Part shown: piece by piece, positions 55,201 through 63,874 of the stretch
How positions within the stretch are numbered: the stretch's first letter is position 1
How the letters are laid out: each line of letters starts with the position of its first letter
DNA from: Vicinamibacterales bacterium
Lineage (GTDB): Bacteria > Acidobacteriota > Vicinamibacteria > Vicinamibacterales > 2-12-FULL-66-21
Length of the DNA: 64,000 bases
Assembly: GCA_036278735.1 (NCBI GenBank)
Contig: DASUKM010000055.1
Location: 64,683-128,682, forward strand
Reading direction: 5' to 3'
Translations under genes and position numbers: made by a program
The notes under the pieces: model-generated
Seen by the model: only the letters and a program-made list of their open reading frames with translations
What the model was told of the DNA's origin: nothing
Database searches by the model: none

Positions 55201-55770
55201 ATGTCGACCACGACGATCCTCGAACGCGAAGTGAAGCTGTGCTTCGACTCGGCCGAGGCGGCGCGCCGCGCGGTGCTCGCGTCGGGCGCGACCCCGCTGC
55301 TCGGCCGCCGTTTACAGGAGGACTCGCTGCTCGACACCGACGACGAGCAGTTGCGGCGCCGTCGCTGCGTGCTTCGCGTCCGGGTCGAAGCGGGCAAGAG
55401 CCGCCTCACCTTCAAGGGGCCGGTGCAGCCCTCGGCGATGAAGCTGCGCGAGGAGTACGAAACCGTGGTCGGCGACGGCACCATGCTCCTGCGGGTCCTC
55501 GAGGAGCTGGGGCTGCACGTCTGGTTCCGGTACGAAAAGTACCGCGAGGAGTTCGCGCACGAGGACGTCATCGTCGCGATCGACGAGACGCCTGTCGGCG
55601 TCTTCGTCGAGATCGAAGGCACCGAGGGGGGCATTACGGCGATGGCAGAAGCGCTGGGTCGCTCGCCGTCGGAGTACGAGCTCGACTCCTATCGCACGCT
55701 CTTCCTCCGCCGCCGCCAGGATTACGGCCTCACCGGCAGCGACATGCTCTTCGACGAGTCGCAGGGATAG
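55201..55770 (+). CDS. CYTH domain protein (class IV adenylate cyclase / triphosphate tunnel metalloenzyme)
   Basis: EREVK, VLRVR, LTFKGP, REEYET, YEKYRE, FVEIEG; AAGGAG SD; TATAAT at 55150-55155. Confidence 0.9.
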   Translation: MSTTTILEREVKLCFDSAEAARRAVLASGATPLLGRRLQEDSLLDTDDEQLRRRRCVLRVRVEAGKSRLTFKGPVQPSAMKLREEYETVVGDGTMLLRVLEELGLHVWFRYEKYREEFAHEDVIVAIDETPVGVFVEIEGTEGGITAMAEALGRSPSEYELDSYRTLFLRRRQDYGLTGSDMLFDESQG

Positions 55771-55845
55771 TCGCCAGTTACCAGTCGCCAGTTACCAGTC
55801 GCCAGTTACCAGTTACCAGTTACCAGTTACCAGTCGCCAGTTTCC
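55768..55845 (+). repeat. Heptamer array CAGTTAC/CAGTCGC, 11 units
   Basis: Runs from the stop TAG to 1 nt before the next ATG. Confidence 0.95.
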
Positions 55846-56838
55846 ATGTCCGACGTCCTGCCCTTCAGGCGCGCGCTCGTCCTGACGGCTGGCTTCGGGA
55901 CGCGATTGCGGCCGCTGACGTGCGTGCGGGCGAAGGCGGCCGTGCCTGTCGACGGCGAGCCGCTCGTGCGCCGCGTCATCCGGTGGCTCGTGGCCGCCGG
56001 CGTCGACGATCTCGTCCTGAACCTGCACCACAAGCCGGAGACCATTGCCGCCGTCGTCGGCGATGGCGCGGATCTGGGCGCGCGCGTGCGCTATTCCTGG
56101 GAACAGCCGGTCCTCGGCTCGGCCGGGGGCCCGAGGCGCGCGCTGCCGCTGCTGACCGGCGACGATGGGGCGCGGCCGTTTCTGATCGTCAACGGGGATA
56201 CGCTCACCGACGTGGACCTGCGGGCGCTCGGCGAGGCGCACGCGCAATCGGGGGCGCTCGTCACGATGGCGCTGATTCCCAATCCCCGGCCGGACAAGTA
56301 CGGCGGCGTGGCGCTGGACGGCGACGGGCGCGTGACTGGTTTCACGCGGCGCGGCTCGCCCGAGCCGTCGCGGCACTTCATCGGCGTGCAGGCGGTGCAG
56401 GCGGAGGCGTTCGCGGATCTGCCCGACGGCGTCGTGATGGAATCGGTCCTCGGCGTCTATCCGCGGCTGATGCTTGAGCAGCCCGGGAGCATCCGTGGGT
56501 TCCTTACCCGCGCCGCATTCCAGGACATCGGCACGCCGGCCGATCTCTGGCGCACCTCGATGGATCTGGCCGCGGAAGCCGGCCGCCCCGGGCGGCCCGC
56601 GGCGGGGGCGCGCGTGGCGATCGCGCCGGACGCGCGTGTGGAGCGCAGCGTGTTATGGGATGATGTGAGCGTCGCGGCGGGGGCGCGCGTCGTCGAGGCG
56701 ATCGTCGCCGACGGCGTCTCGATTCCTCCGGGCGCCGTGTTCGAACGCTGCGCGATCGTGCGCGCGGGCGCCGGACCGGCTGGGCCCGGCGAAACCATCC
56801 GCGACGGGCTGCGGGTCGCGCCGCTGGATCGCTCCTGA
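55846..56838 (+). CDS. Sugar-1-phosphate nucleotidyltransferase (MurU-like) with C-terminal beta-helix-like segment
   Basis: LTAGFGTRLRPLT..RAK, NLHH, E.PVLGSAGG, VNGD, DIGTP; adjacent to an AmgK-like kinase. Confidence 0.8.
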   Translation: MSDVLPFRRALVLTAGFGTRLRPLTCVRAKAAVPVDGEPLVRRVIRWLVAAGVDDLVLNLHHKPETIAAVVGDGADLGARVRYSWEQPVLGSAGGPRRALPLLTGDDGARPFLIVNGDTLTDVDLRALGEAHAQSGALVTMALIPNPRPDKYGGVALDGDGRVTGFTRRGSPEPSRHFIGVQAVQAEAFADLPDGVVMESVLGVYPRLMLEQPGSIRGFLTRAAFQDIGTPADLWRTSMDLAAEAGRPGRPAAGARVAIAPDARVERSVLWDDVSVAAGARVVEAIVADGVSIPPGAVFERCAIVRAGAGPAGPGETIRDGLRVAPLDRS

Positions 56839-56852
56839 CCGGGTCCTCACCC

Positions 56853-57884
56853 ATGTCCATCGCCGAACGACGTCAGACGGGGCCTGCCGACGCGCGGGAG
56901 CGCATCGACGGGTACCTGCAGCGAAGCGGCCTCGCCCAGCAGTCGCCGCGCGTCGTCCCGCTGACCGGCGACGCCTCCGACCGGCGGTACTTTCGCGTGC
57001 TCCTGCCCGATGCCGCGTCGATCGTGCTGGCGCTCTACTCCGAGCCGTTCGACGTGCGCACCCTCCCCTTCGTCAACGTCGCGAGGCTCCTGCAGCAGAT
57101 GCCCGTGCCGATTCCCGACGTGCTGGGGCATGCCGACGATCTCGGCGTGCTCGCGCTGCAGGATCTCGGCGACGTGACGTTGCAGGCGCATCTGGGCGCG
57201 GCTTCCCCCGCCGAGCACGCGGCGTTGTACCGCCAGGCGGTCACGCTGATCGCGACGCTGCAGCGCCGCGGGCGCGACCTCGCGTCCCCCGGCTTCCTGC
57301 CGTACGGCATCGCGTTCGATCGGGACAAGCTGACCTGGGAGCTGGAATTCTTCACGAAGCACTTCCTCGAGGCGTATCGCGGCGTCACGCTGGCCCCGGC
57401 CGACCGCGACGCGTTGCGCGCCGAATTCGCCGCGATCGTCCAGGAGCTGGCGGCCGAGCCGCGCGTGCTGTGCCACCGCGACTATCACAGCCGCAACCTG
57501 ATGCTGCACGAAGCGCAGCTCTACATCATCGATTTCCAGGACGCGCGGATGGGGCCCGACACCTACGACCTCGTCTCGCTGCTGCGCGACTCGTACGTCG
57601 ACCTGCCGGACCAGACCGTGGACGAACTGCTGGCGTACTTCCTCGCGCTCACGGGCGTATCGGGATCGGAGCGCGAGTTCCGCCGCCGCTTCGACCTGAT
57701 GGCCCTGCAGCGCAACCTGAAGGCGCTCGGCACGTTCGGCTATCAAACCACCGCGCGGCGCAATCCCGTCTACATCCAGTACATTCCCCGAACGCTGCGG
57801 TACGTCCGCAACAACCTGAGCCAGTCCGCGCGCCTCAGCCGCATGCACGACCTGCTGGCGGCGCACGTGGAGGAGTTCAGATAG
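56853..57884 (+). CDS. amgK: APH-fold anomeric MurNAc/GlcNAc kinase (AmgK-like)
   Basis: GDASDRRYFR, DLGD, HRDYHSRNLM, IDFQDARMGP..YDLVSLLRD, QRNLKALGTF. Confidence 0.8.
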   Translation: MSIAERRQTGPADARERIDGYLQRSGLAQQSPRVVPLTGDASDRRYFRVLLPDAASIVLALYSEPFDVRTLPFVNVARLLQQMPVPIPDVLGHADDLGVLALQDLGDVTLQAHLGAASPAEHAALYRQAVTLIATLQRRGRDLASPGFLPYGIAFDRDKLTWELEFFTKHFLEAYRGVTLAPADRDALRAEFAAIVQELAAEPRVLCHRDYHSRNLMLHEAQLYIIDFQDARMGPDTYDLVSLLRDSYVDLPDQTVDELLAYFLALTGVSGSEREFRRRFDLMALQRNLKALGTFGYQTTARRNPVYIQYIPRTLRYVRNNLSQSARLSRMHDLLAAHVEEFR

Positions 57885-58078
57885 TCGCCAGCCGGCAGTC
57901 GCCAGTTGCCGGTAACCAGTCGACAGTAACCAGTCGACAGTAACCAGTTGCCAGTAACCAGTTGCCAGTAACCAGTTCCCAGTAGTCAGCGCCCGTCCGC
58001 CAGCCCCCGCACTCCGCCCCCCACGCCCCGCACTCCGCCGCCGCACCCGCCATCCCCCCTCCGTCATCCGCCATCCAG
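57882..58078. repeat. Composite array: CCAGT-family heptamers followed by C-rich CCGCAC/TCCGCCA units
   Basis: CCAGTAA/CCAGTTG/CCAGTCG from the stop to about 57988, then CCGCACT, TCCGTCA and TCCGCCA units up to TACAAT at 58087-58092. Confidence 0.85.
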
Positions 58079-58134
58079 CTGTGTAGTACAATCGTTTGTT
58101 TCAGCCGCTCGCCGGGGCGGGCGCTGTGACGGCC

Positions 58135-58968
58135 ATGCGGTTCGGCATTTCGACCCACCTGTACCACGACCAGCGGCTCGCCGCCGAACACCTGGCCGAG
58201 ATCGCCTCGTTCGGGTTCGAAGCGGTCGAACTGTTCGCCACGCGCTCGCACTTCGACTACCACGACCGCGCGGCGATCGAGGCGCTCGCGGGGTGGCTGC
58301 GGGAAACGGGCCTCGACCTCCACGGGATTCACGCGCCGATCGCCGAATCGATGGGAGCGGGCGATCGGTGGGGCCCCGTGATTTCGAACGCGGTGACCGA
58401 CAGCGCCGCGCGGCACGCGGCCGTGCGCGAAACGGACCGCGCGCTCGACGTCGTCCGGCGGATTGGCGCGGAGGTGGTGGTCGTTCACCTCGGGACGCCC
58501 GCGTCGAAGGCTGGCGACAACAATCGGGGCGCGGCCGTCCGGAGCCTCGAGGAAATTTGCGGCCTCGCGGACGGGGTGGGCGTGCAGGTTGCGGTGGAGG
58601 TGATCCCCAACGAACTGTCGAGCGCGGCCGCGCTGGCCGCGATGCTCGACCGCGATCTGGACGGCTCGGCCGCCGGCATCTGCTTCGACTTCGGGCACGC
58701 GCGGCTGCTGGGCGACGTGCCCGACGCGATCGAAGCGGCGTCGGAGCACGTGATCGCCACCCACGTGCACGACAACCACGGGCGAACCGACGAGCACCTC
58801 GTGCCCTTCGACGGCAGCATCGACTGGAACGCGGCGCTGATGTCGATGCAGAAGATTGGCTACGAGGGCACGTACCTGATGGAACTGGCGAACACCGCGC
58901 CGGCCGCCGCGGTGCTCGAATCCGCGCGACGCGCGCGCCAGCGCTTCGAGCAGTTGCTGACGTATTGA
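58135..58968 (+). CDS. Sugar phosphate isomerase/epimerase (xylose isomerase-like TIM barrel)
   Basis: GFEAVEL, IHAP, AVE, CFDFGHA, THVHDNHGRTDEHLVPFDGSIDW, LME. Confidence 0.88.
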   Translation: MRFGISTHLYHDQRLAAEHLAEIASFGFEAVELFATRSHFDYHDRAAIEALAGWLRETGLDLHGIHAPIAESMGAGDRWGPVISNAVTDSAARHAAVRETDRALDVVRRIGAEVVVVHLGTPASKAGDNNRGAAVRSLEEICGLADGVGVQVAVEVIPNELSSAAALAAMLDRDLDGSAAGICFDFGHARLLGDVPDAIEAASEHVIATHVHDNHGRTDEHLVPFDGSIDWNAALMSMQKIGYEGTYLMELANTAPAAAVLESARRARQRFEQLLTY

Positions 58969-58983
58969 TCGCGACACACGCTC

Positions 58984-60276
58984 ATGACGGTTTACATCGA
59001 AGACATCGCGCGACACGACGGCGAGGCGGTCACCATCCGGGGGTGGCTCCACAACCGCCGGTCGAGCGGCAAGATTCATTTCCTGACGGTGCGCGACGGC
59101 TCCGGCTTCATCCAGTGCGTGATGTCGAAGCAGGCGGTCGGCGAGGAGGCGTTCCGGCGCGCCGGCCATCTGGCGCAGGAAACCTCCCTCGTCGTCGACG
59201 GCACGGTGCGGGGCGACGCGCGCGCGCCGGGGGGCTACGAGATCGACGTCACCGCGCTGCAGGTCGTCTCGGAAGCGAAGGACTATCCGATCACGCCGAA
59301 AGAGCACGGCATCGAGTTCCTGATGGATCGGCGCCACCTCTGGATCCGATCGCCCCGCCAGGAAGCCGTGCTGCGGGTGCGCCATGAAGTGATCAACGCC
59401 GTCCGCGACTTCTTCAACAGCCGCGGCTTCGTGCTCGCCGATACCCCGATCTTCACGCCGGCGGCGTGCGAGGGCACGACGACGCTGTTTCCCGTGCAGT
59501 ATTTCGACGACACGACGGCGTATCTCACGCAGAGCGGGCAGTTGTACAACGAGGCGAATGCGATGGCGCTCGGCCGCGTGTACTGCTTTGGCCCGACCTT
59601 CCGGGCCGAAAAGTCGAAAACGCGGCGGCATCTCACCGAGTTCTGGATGGTCGAACCGGAAGTGGCGTACGCCACGCTCGACGACATCATCGACCTCGCC
59701 GAGGGCCTCGTCGTCTACGTCGTCGGCCGGACGCTGGAGCGCCGCCGTCGCGAACTGCAGACCCTCGAGCGCGACACGTCGAAGCTCGAACGGGTGCAGG
59801 CGCCGTTCCCGCGCATCTCCTACGACGACGCCGTCGAGATCCTGAAGCGGAAGGGACTGCCGTTCGAGTGGGGGGGCGATTTCGGCGCCCCCGACGAAAC
59901 CGCGCTCTCGGAGGAATTCGATCGGCCGGTCGCCGTACACCGCTACCCCGCCGCGGTGAAGGCGTTTTATATGAAGCCGGACCCGCAGCGCCCCGAACTG
60001 GCCCTCGGGGTCGACGTGCTCGCCCCGGAAGGCTACGGCGAGATCATCGGCGGCGGCGAGCGCATCGACGACTACGACCTGCTGCTCGAGCGGATCAAAC
60101 AGCACGACCTGCCGCAGGAGGCCTTCGAGTGGTACCTCGATCTGCGGCGGTACGGCAGCGTCCCGCACGGCGGCTTCGGCATGGGGATCGAACGGTGCGT
60201 GTCGTGGATTTGCGGCTTGGAACATCTGCGCGAAGCGATTCCGTATCCGCGGATGTTGTACCGGATGTATCCGTGA
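58984..60276 (+). CDS. asnS: Asparagine--tRNA ligase
   Basis: OB domain (GW...R.SGKI.F..VRDG), [52 protein letters not shown]. Confidence 0.95.
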   Translation: MTVYIEDIARHDGEAVTIRGWLHNRRSSGKIHFLTVRDGSGFIQCVMSKQAVGEEAFRRAGHLAQETSLVVDGTVRGDARAPGGYEIDVTALQVVSEAKDYPITPKEHGIEFLMDRRHLWIRSPRQEAVLRVRHEVINAVRDFFNSRGFVLADTPIFTPAACEGTTTLFPVQYFDDTTAYLTQSGQLYNEANAMALGRVYCFGPTFRAEKSKTRRHLTEFWMVEPEVAYATLDDIIDLAEGLVVYVVGRTLERRRRELQTLERDTSKLERVQAPFPRISYDDAVEILKRKGLPFEWGGDFGAPDETALSEEFDRPVAVHRYPAAVKAFYMKPDPQRPELALGVDVLAPEGYGEIIGGGERIDDYDLLLERIKQHDLPQEAFEWYLDLRRYGSVPHGGFGMGIERCVSWICGLEHLREAIPYPRMLYRMYP

Positions 60277-60586
60277 CGGATGGCGGATGACGGAAGGCGG
60301 ATGGCGGATGACGGAAGGCGGAGGGCGGAAGGCGGAAGGCGGAAGGCGGAGGGCGGAAGGCGGAGGGCGGAAGGCGGAGGGCGGAGGGCGGAAGACGGAT
60401 GGCGGATGGCGGATGGCGGATGGCGGATGGCGGATGGCGGATGGCGGATGGCGGAGCCAATCGCCATTCATCAATCGTCAATCGCGTGCAATCGACAATC
60501 ATCATTCCGATGGCCAATCGAAAATCCGTCAATCGCGAATCATCAATGATCAATCCCAATCGTCAATCGCCACTCGACAATCGGAA
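60274..60586. repeat. Composite array: 26 units of NG(G/A)CGGA-type heptamer followed by degenerate CAATCG units
   Basis: TGACGGA begins with the asnS stop; units run to 60455; CAATC units from 60457 to the rimO ATG. Confidence 0.92.
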
Positions 60587-61939
60587 ATGAAGGTCGGTCT
60601 CATTTCACTCGGTTGTCCGAAAAACCTCGTCGATGGCGAGGTAATGCTGGGGCTTGCGCAGCAGGCCGGGCATCACGTCACGCCCGATGCGGCCGATGCC
60701 GACGTCCTCGTCGTCAACACCTGCGCCTTCATCGATCGCGCGAAGCAGGAATCGATAGACGCGATTCTGGAGATGGCGGCGCTGAAGCGCCCGGGCAAGC
60801 GGCTCGTCGTGACGGGCTGTCTCGCGGAGCGATACCGCGAGGAGCTGAAGAAGGAAATTCCGGAAATCGACGCGTTGCTCGGCACGGGCGAAGTAGAGGG
60901 CATCGTCGACGCGATCGGCGGCGGCCCGGCGCGTCCGGCGGCCAGGCCGCTGACGTTCTACAAGAAGCCCACGTATCTCTACGACGCGTCGACGCCGCGG
61001 CTCCAGACGACGCCCCGGCATTTCGCGTACGTGAAAATCGCCGAAGGCTGCGACTACACCTGCGCTTTCTGCATCATCCCCACGCTGCGCGGCCAGTATC
61101 GCAGCCGGACGGCGCAGTCGATCCTCCAGGAAGCCCGGCAGCTCGCCGACCGCGGCGTCCGCGAACTGCTGCTGATCTCGCAGGACACGACCTTCTACGG
61201 CATCGACCAGGGAGAGCGCGGCGCGCTCGCGCGCCTGCTGCGCGAGCTGAACGCCGTCGACGGGCTGGCCTGGATCCGTCTGCTCTACCTCTACCCGACG
61301 ACCATCACCGACGACGTCCTGGACGCGATGGCGGAGTGCGAGAAGGTCTGCCGCTACGTCGACCTGCCGCTGCAGCACGCGTCGGCCGGCGTCTTGAAAC
61401 GGATGCGTCGCCCGGGCCATCGACGGACGTACGACGCGCTGCTCTCGCGGATCCGTGCGCGCGTGCCCGGCGTCGTACTTCGGACGACGTTCATCGTCGG
61501 GTTCCCGGGAGAGACCCGGGAGGAATTCGCGGAGCTCGAGGCGTTCGTCGACGACACGCGCTTCGATCATGTCGGCGTGTTCACCTACTCCCACGAGGAG
61601 GGCACGCGCGCCTTCGATCGACCCGACGATGTGCCGGCGGCGCTGAAGCGGCGGCGGCGCGACCACCTGATGCGGCGCCAGCAGCGGATTGTCGCGGCGG
61701 CGCAGCGGGAGCGGATGGGCACGCTCGTGCGGGTGATGATCGACGGTCCGTCCCCCGAGCACGAGCTGGTGCTGCGCGGCCGGCTCGAGGGGCAGGCGCC
61801 CGAGATCGACCCGGCGGTGTACCTCAGCGGGGCCGACCCCGCGGTTCATCGTCCGGGCGACCTGATCCAGGCGAAAATCACGGGCGCGACGGGGTACGAT
61901 CTGGTCGCCGAGCCGGTCTCGGTCGTCGCCACGGTGTGA
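60587..61939 (+). CDS. rimO: Ribosomal protein uS12 methylthiotransferase RimO
   Basis: SLGCPKNLVD, NTCAFI, GCLAERY, KIAEGCDYTCAFC, WIRLLYLYP, APEID, TRAM domain. Upstream in-frame extension is repeat-derived. Confidence 0.95.
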   Translation: MKVGLISLGCPKNLVDGEVMLGLAQQAGHHVTPDAADADVLVVNTCAFIDRAKQESIDAILEMAALKRPGKRLVVTGCLAERYREELKKEIPEIDALLGTGEVEGIVDAIGGGPARPAARPLTFYKKPTYLYDASTPRLQTTPRHFAYVKIAEGCDYTCAFCIIPTLRGQYRSRTAQSILQEARQLADRGVRELLLISQDTTFYGIDQGERGALARLLRELNAVDGLAWIRLLYLYPTTITDDVLDAMAECEKVCRYVDLPLQHASAGVLKRMRRPGHRRTYDALLSRIRARVPGVVLRTTFIVGFPGETREEFAELEAFVDDTRFDHVGVFTYSHEEGTRAFDRPDDVPAALKRRRRDHLMRRQQRIVAAAQRERMGTLVRVMIDGPSPEHELVLRGRLEGQAPEIDPAVYLSGADPAVHRPGDLIQAKITGATGYDLVAEPVSVVATV

Positions 61940-61945
61940 TATAGT
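61937..61945 (+). promoter_or_regulatory. Extended -10 promoter for rimP-nusA-infB
   Basis: TGaTATAGT overlapping the rimO stop. Confidence 0.6.
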
Positions 61946-61972
61946 GATCGGTGGCTGTGACGAGGCTTTTCC

Positions 61973-62001
61973 GAGTGGGCCGGTGCCCACTTTTTGTTTT
62001 T
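61973..62001 (+). terminator. rimP leader attenuator-type intrinsic terminator
   Basis: AGTGGGC-CGGT-GCCCACT followed by TTTTGTTTTT; GGGC..GCCC core typical of rimP-nusA-infB leaders. Confidence 0.85.
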
Positions 62002-62009
62002 CAGGGGCA

Positions 62010-62525
62010 ATCAGTACGGCAGGATCCGAACAGCTGACCCGGCTGCGCGCCGCCGCCGAGCAGGTGGCCCGCAGTCATGGACTCGACATCTTCGACGTGC
62101 AGTTGCGGCGCGAGCCGATCGGCATGGTGCTGCGCGTCGTCATCGACAGGCCCGCGACGGATCGCCCAGAAGCCCCGAGTGAAGAAGAACGCATCGGCGT
62201 CGACGATTGCCAGCGCGTCAGCCACGATTTGAGCGCGCTGCTCGACGTCGAAGAGGAATTCGGCCGGCCGGAGCTCGCCGAGGAGTACACGCTGGAAGTG
62301 TCCTCGCCGGGCCTCGACCGCCCCTTGCGCGGCGAAGCGGATTACCGCCGCTTCGCCGGGCGGCTGGCGAAGCTCGTCACCGTCGAGCCGATCGAGCGGC
62401 AGACGGCGTTCGCCGGACGCATTCGCGGCGTCGAGGGGGGGGCGATCCTGCTCGACGAGGGACGCCGGACGCACCGGGTGCCGCTCGCGCTCGTCAAGCG
62501 CGCGAATCTGGACGTGGAGTTCTGA
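62010..62525 (+). CDS. rimP: Ribosome maturation factor RimP (start codon uncertain)
   Basis: LRVVID, IGVDDCQRVS..LS..LD, YTLEVSSPGLDRPL, YRRFAG; first gene before nusA. Confidence 0.92.
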   Translation: MSTAGSEQLTRLRAAAEQVARSHGLDIFDVQLRREPIGMVLRVVIDRPATDRPEAPSEEERIGVDDCQRVSHDLSALLDVEEEFGRPELAEEYTLEVSSPGLDRPLRGEADYRRFAGRLAKLVTVEPIERQTAFAGRIRGVEGGAILLDEGRRTHRVPLALVKRANLDVEF

Positions 62526-62536
62526 CGCAGGAAGTT

Positions 62537-62604
62537 TCCAGATTCCAGTTGCCAGTTGGAACCTGGAACCGAACTGGAAACTGGAAGCTGGCGACTGGTT
62601 ACTG
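62537..62604. repeat. Inverted CCAGT / ACTGG heptamer arms between rimP and nusA
   Basis: TTCCAGA TTCCAGT TGCCAGT then AACTGGA AACTGGA AGCTGGC GACTGGT TACTGA. Confidence 0.8.
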
Positions 62605-62610
62605 ATTGTT

Positions 62611-63855
62611 ATGCAGAATCCGCTGTTGCAGCAGATCGACGCCATCGCGAAGGAAAAAGGGGTCGAGCCGGAAGTGATCATCGGGGCCGTGCAGGACGCC
62701 ATCGAGGCGGCCGCGCGGCGGCGCTACAAGAACGAGACGCTCCGGGCCCGCTTCAACCAGGAGACGGGGCAGATCGAGCTCTGCGCCGTCAAGCGGATCG
62801 TCGACGAGGTGACGGACCCGGCGACGCAGATGTCGCTGGCCGAGGCGCAGCAGCTGTATGGCGAGGAGGCGGAAGTCGACATGGAGGTCGAGTTCCCGCG
62901 GCCGACCGAGGACCTCGGACGCATCGCCGCCCAGACCGCCAAGCAGGTGATCTTTCAGAAGGTCCGCGAGGCGGAGCGCGAGAACGTCCACGCCGAATTC
63001 AGCCAGCGCGTCGGCGAAGTGGTCAGCGGCGTCGTCAAGCGCTTCGAGAACGGCGACCTCATCATGGAAATGGGGCGCATCGAGGCGGTCCTGCCGCGCA
63101 AGGAACAGTCGCGCGCGGAAAACTACACCGTCGGCGACCGCGTGCGCGCCGTCATCCGCGGCGTGAACCGGAGCGCGAAGGGGCCGCAGATCGTGCTCTC
63201 GCGCACCGACCCGGCGCTGCTGATCAAGTTGTTCGAGCAGGAAGTCCCCGAGATCTACGACGGCACCGTCATCATCCGCGGCGCCGTCCGCGAAGCGGGG
63301 GATCGCGCCAAGGTGGCCGTCTACTCGCGCGAGCGCGACGTGGATCCGGTCGGCGCGTGCGTGGGCATGAAGGGAACGCGCGTGCAGTCGATCATCCGCG
63401 AACTGCGGGGCGAGAAGATCGACATCGTCGAGTACTCGGAGGATTCGGTCCTCTTCGTCACCAACGCGATCAGCCCCGCCAAGGTGCAGCGCGTCTCGAT
63501 CGTCGACGACGCCGAGAAGGTGATGGAAGTGATCGTCGAGGATCGGCAGCTGTCGCTCGCGATCGGCAAGAAGGGACAGAACGTCCGTCTGGCCGCGAAG
63601 CTGACCGGCTGGAAGATCGAAATCAAGAGCGAAGAGGAAAAGCGCCGCGAAGTCGAAGCGCAGTTCGGGGCGCTCGAAATCGGCGGGACGGACGTGGCCG
63701 AAGGCGACGCGGCGGCGGACCAGGCCGACGCGGCCATCGTGGAGACGACCGAAGGCGAAAGCGCCGAGGCCGCGGCCGCCTCCGCCGCGGTGGCGGAGCC
63801 GGCGGCCGACGCACCCGGCGAGCAGACGGCCGAAGCGGAAGCAAAGACGGAGTAA
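62611..63855 (+). CDS. nusA: Transcription termination/antitermination factor NusA
   Basis: GRIAAQTAKQVI.QKVREAER, LSRT.P, LFEQEVPEI, DPVGACVGMKG.RV, LAIGKKGQNVRLA; acidic tail. Confidence 0.97.
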   Translation: MQNPLLQQIDAIAKEKGVEPEVIIGAVQDAIEAAARRRYKNETLRARFNQETGQIELCAVKRIVDEVTDPATQMSLAEAQQLYGEEAEVDMEVEFPRPTEDLGRIAAQTAKQVIFQKVREAERENVHAEFSQRVGEVVSGVVKRFENGDLIMEMGRIEAVLPRKEQSRAENYTVGDRVRAVIRGVNRSAKGPQIVLSRTDPALLIKLFEQEVPEIYDGTVIIRGAVREAGDRAKVAVYSRERDVDPVGACVGMKGTRVQSIIRELRGEKIDIVEYSEDSVLFVTNAISPAKVQRVSIVDDAEKVMEVIVEDRQLSLAIGKKGQNVRLAAKLTGWKIEIKSEEEKRREVEAQFGALEIGGTDVAEGDAAADQADAAIVETTEGESAEAAAASAAVAEPAADAPGEQTAEAEAKTE

Positions 63856-63874
63856 GGCGCAGCAAGAGGTCTAT

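Noticed and set aside
60072..60590. Small repeat proteins (SAIRHPP, MADGGWR) and a 100-aa RimO extension
   Set aside because: Translations of 7-nt repeats give 7-aa periodic peptides in all frames; no SD or other coding evidence. The same applies to 38928..39224 and 53734..54321.
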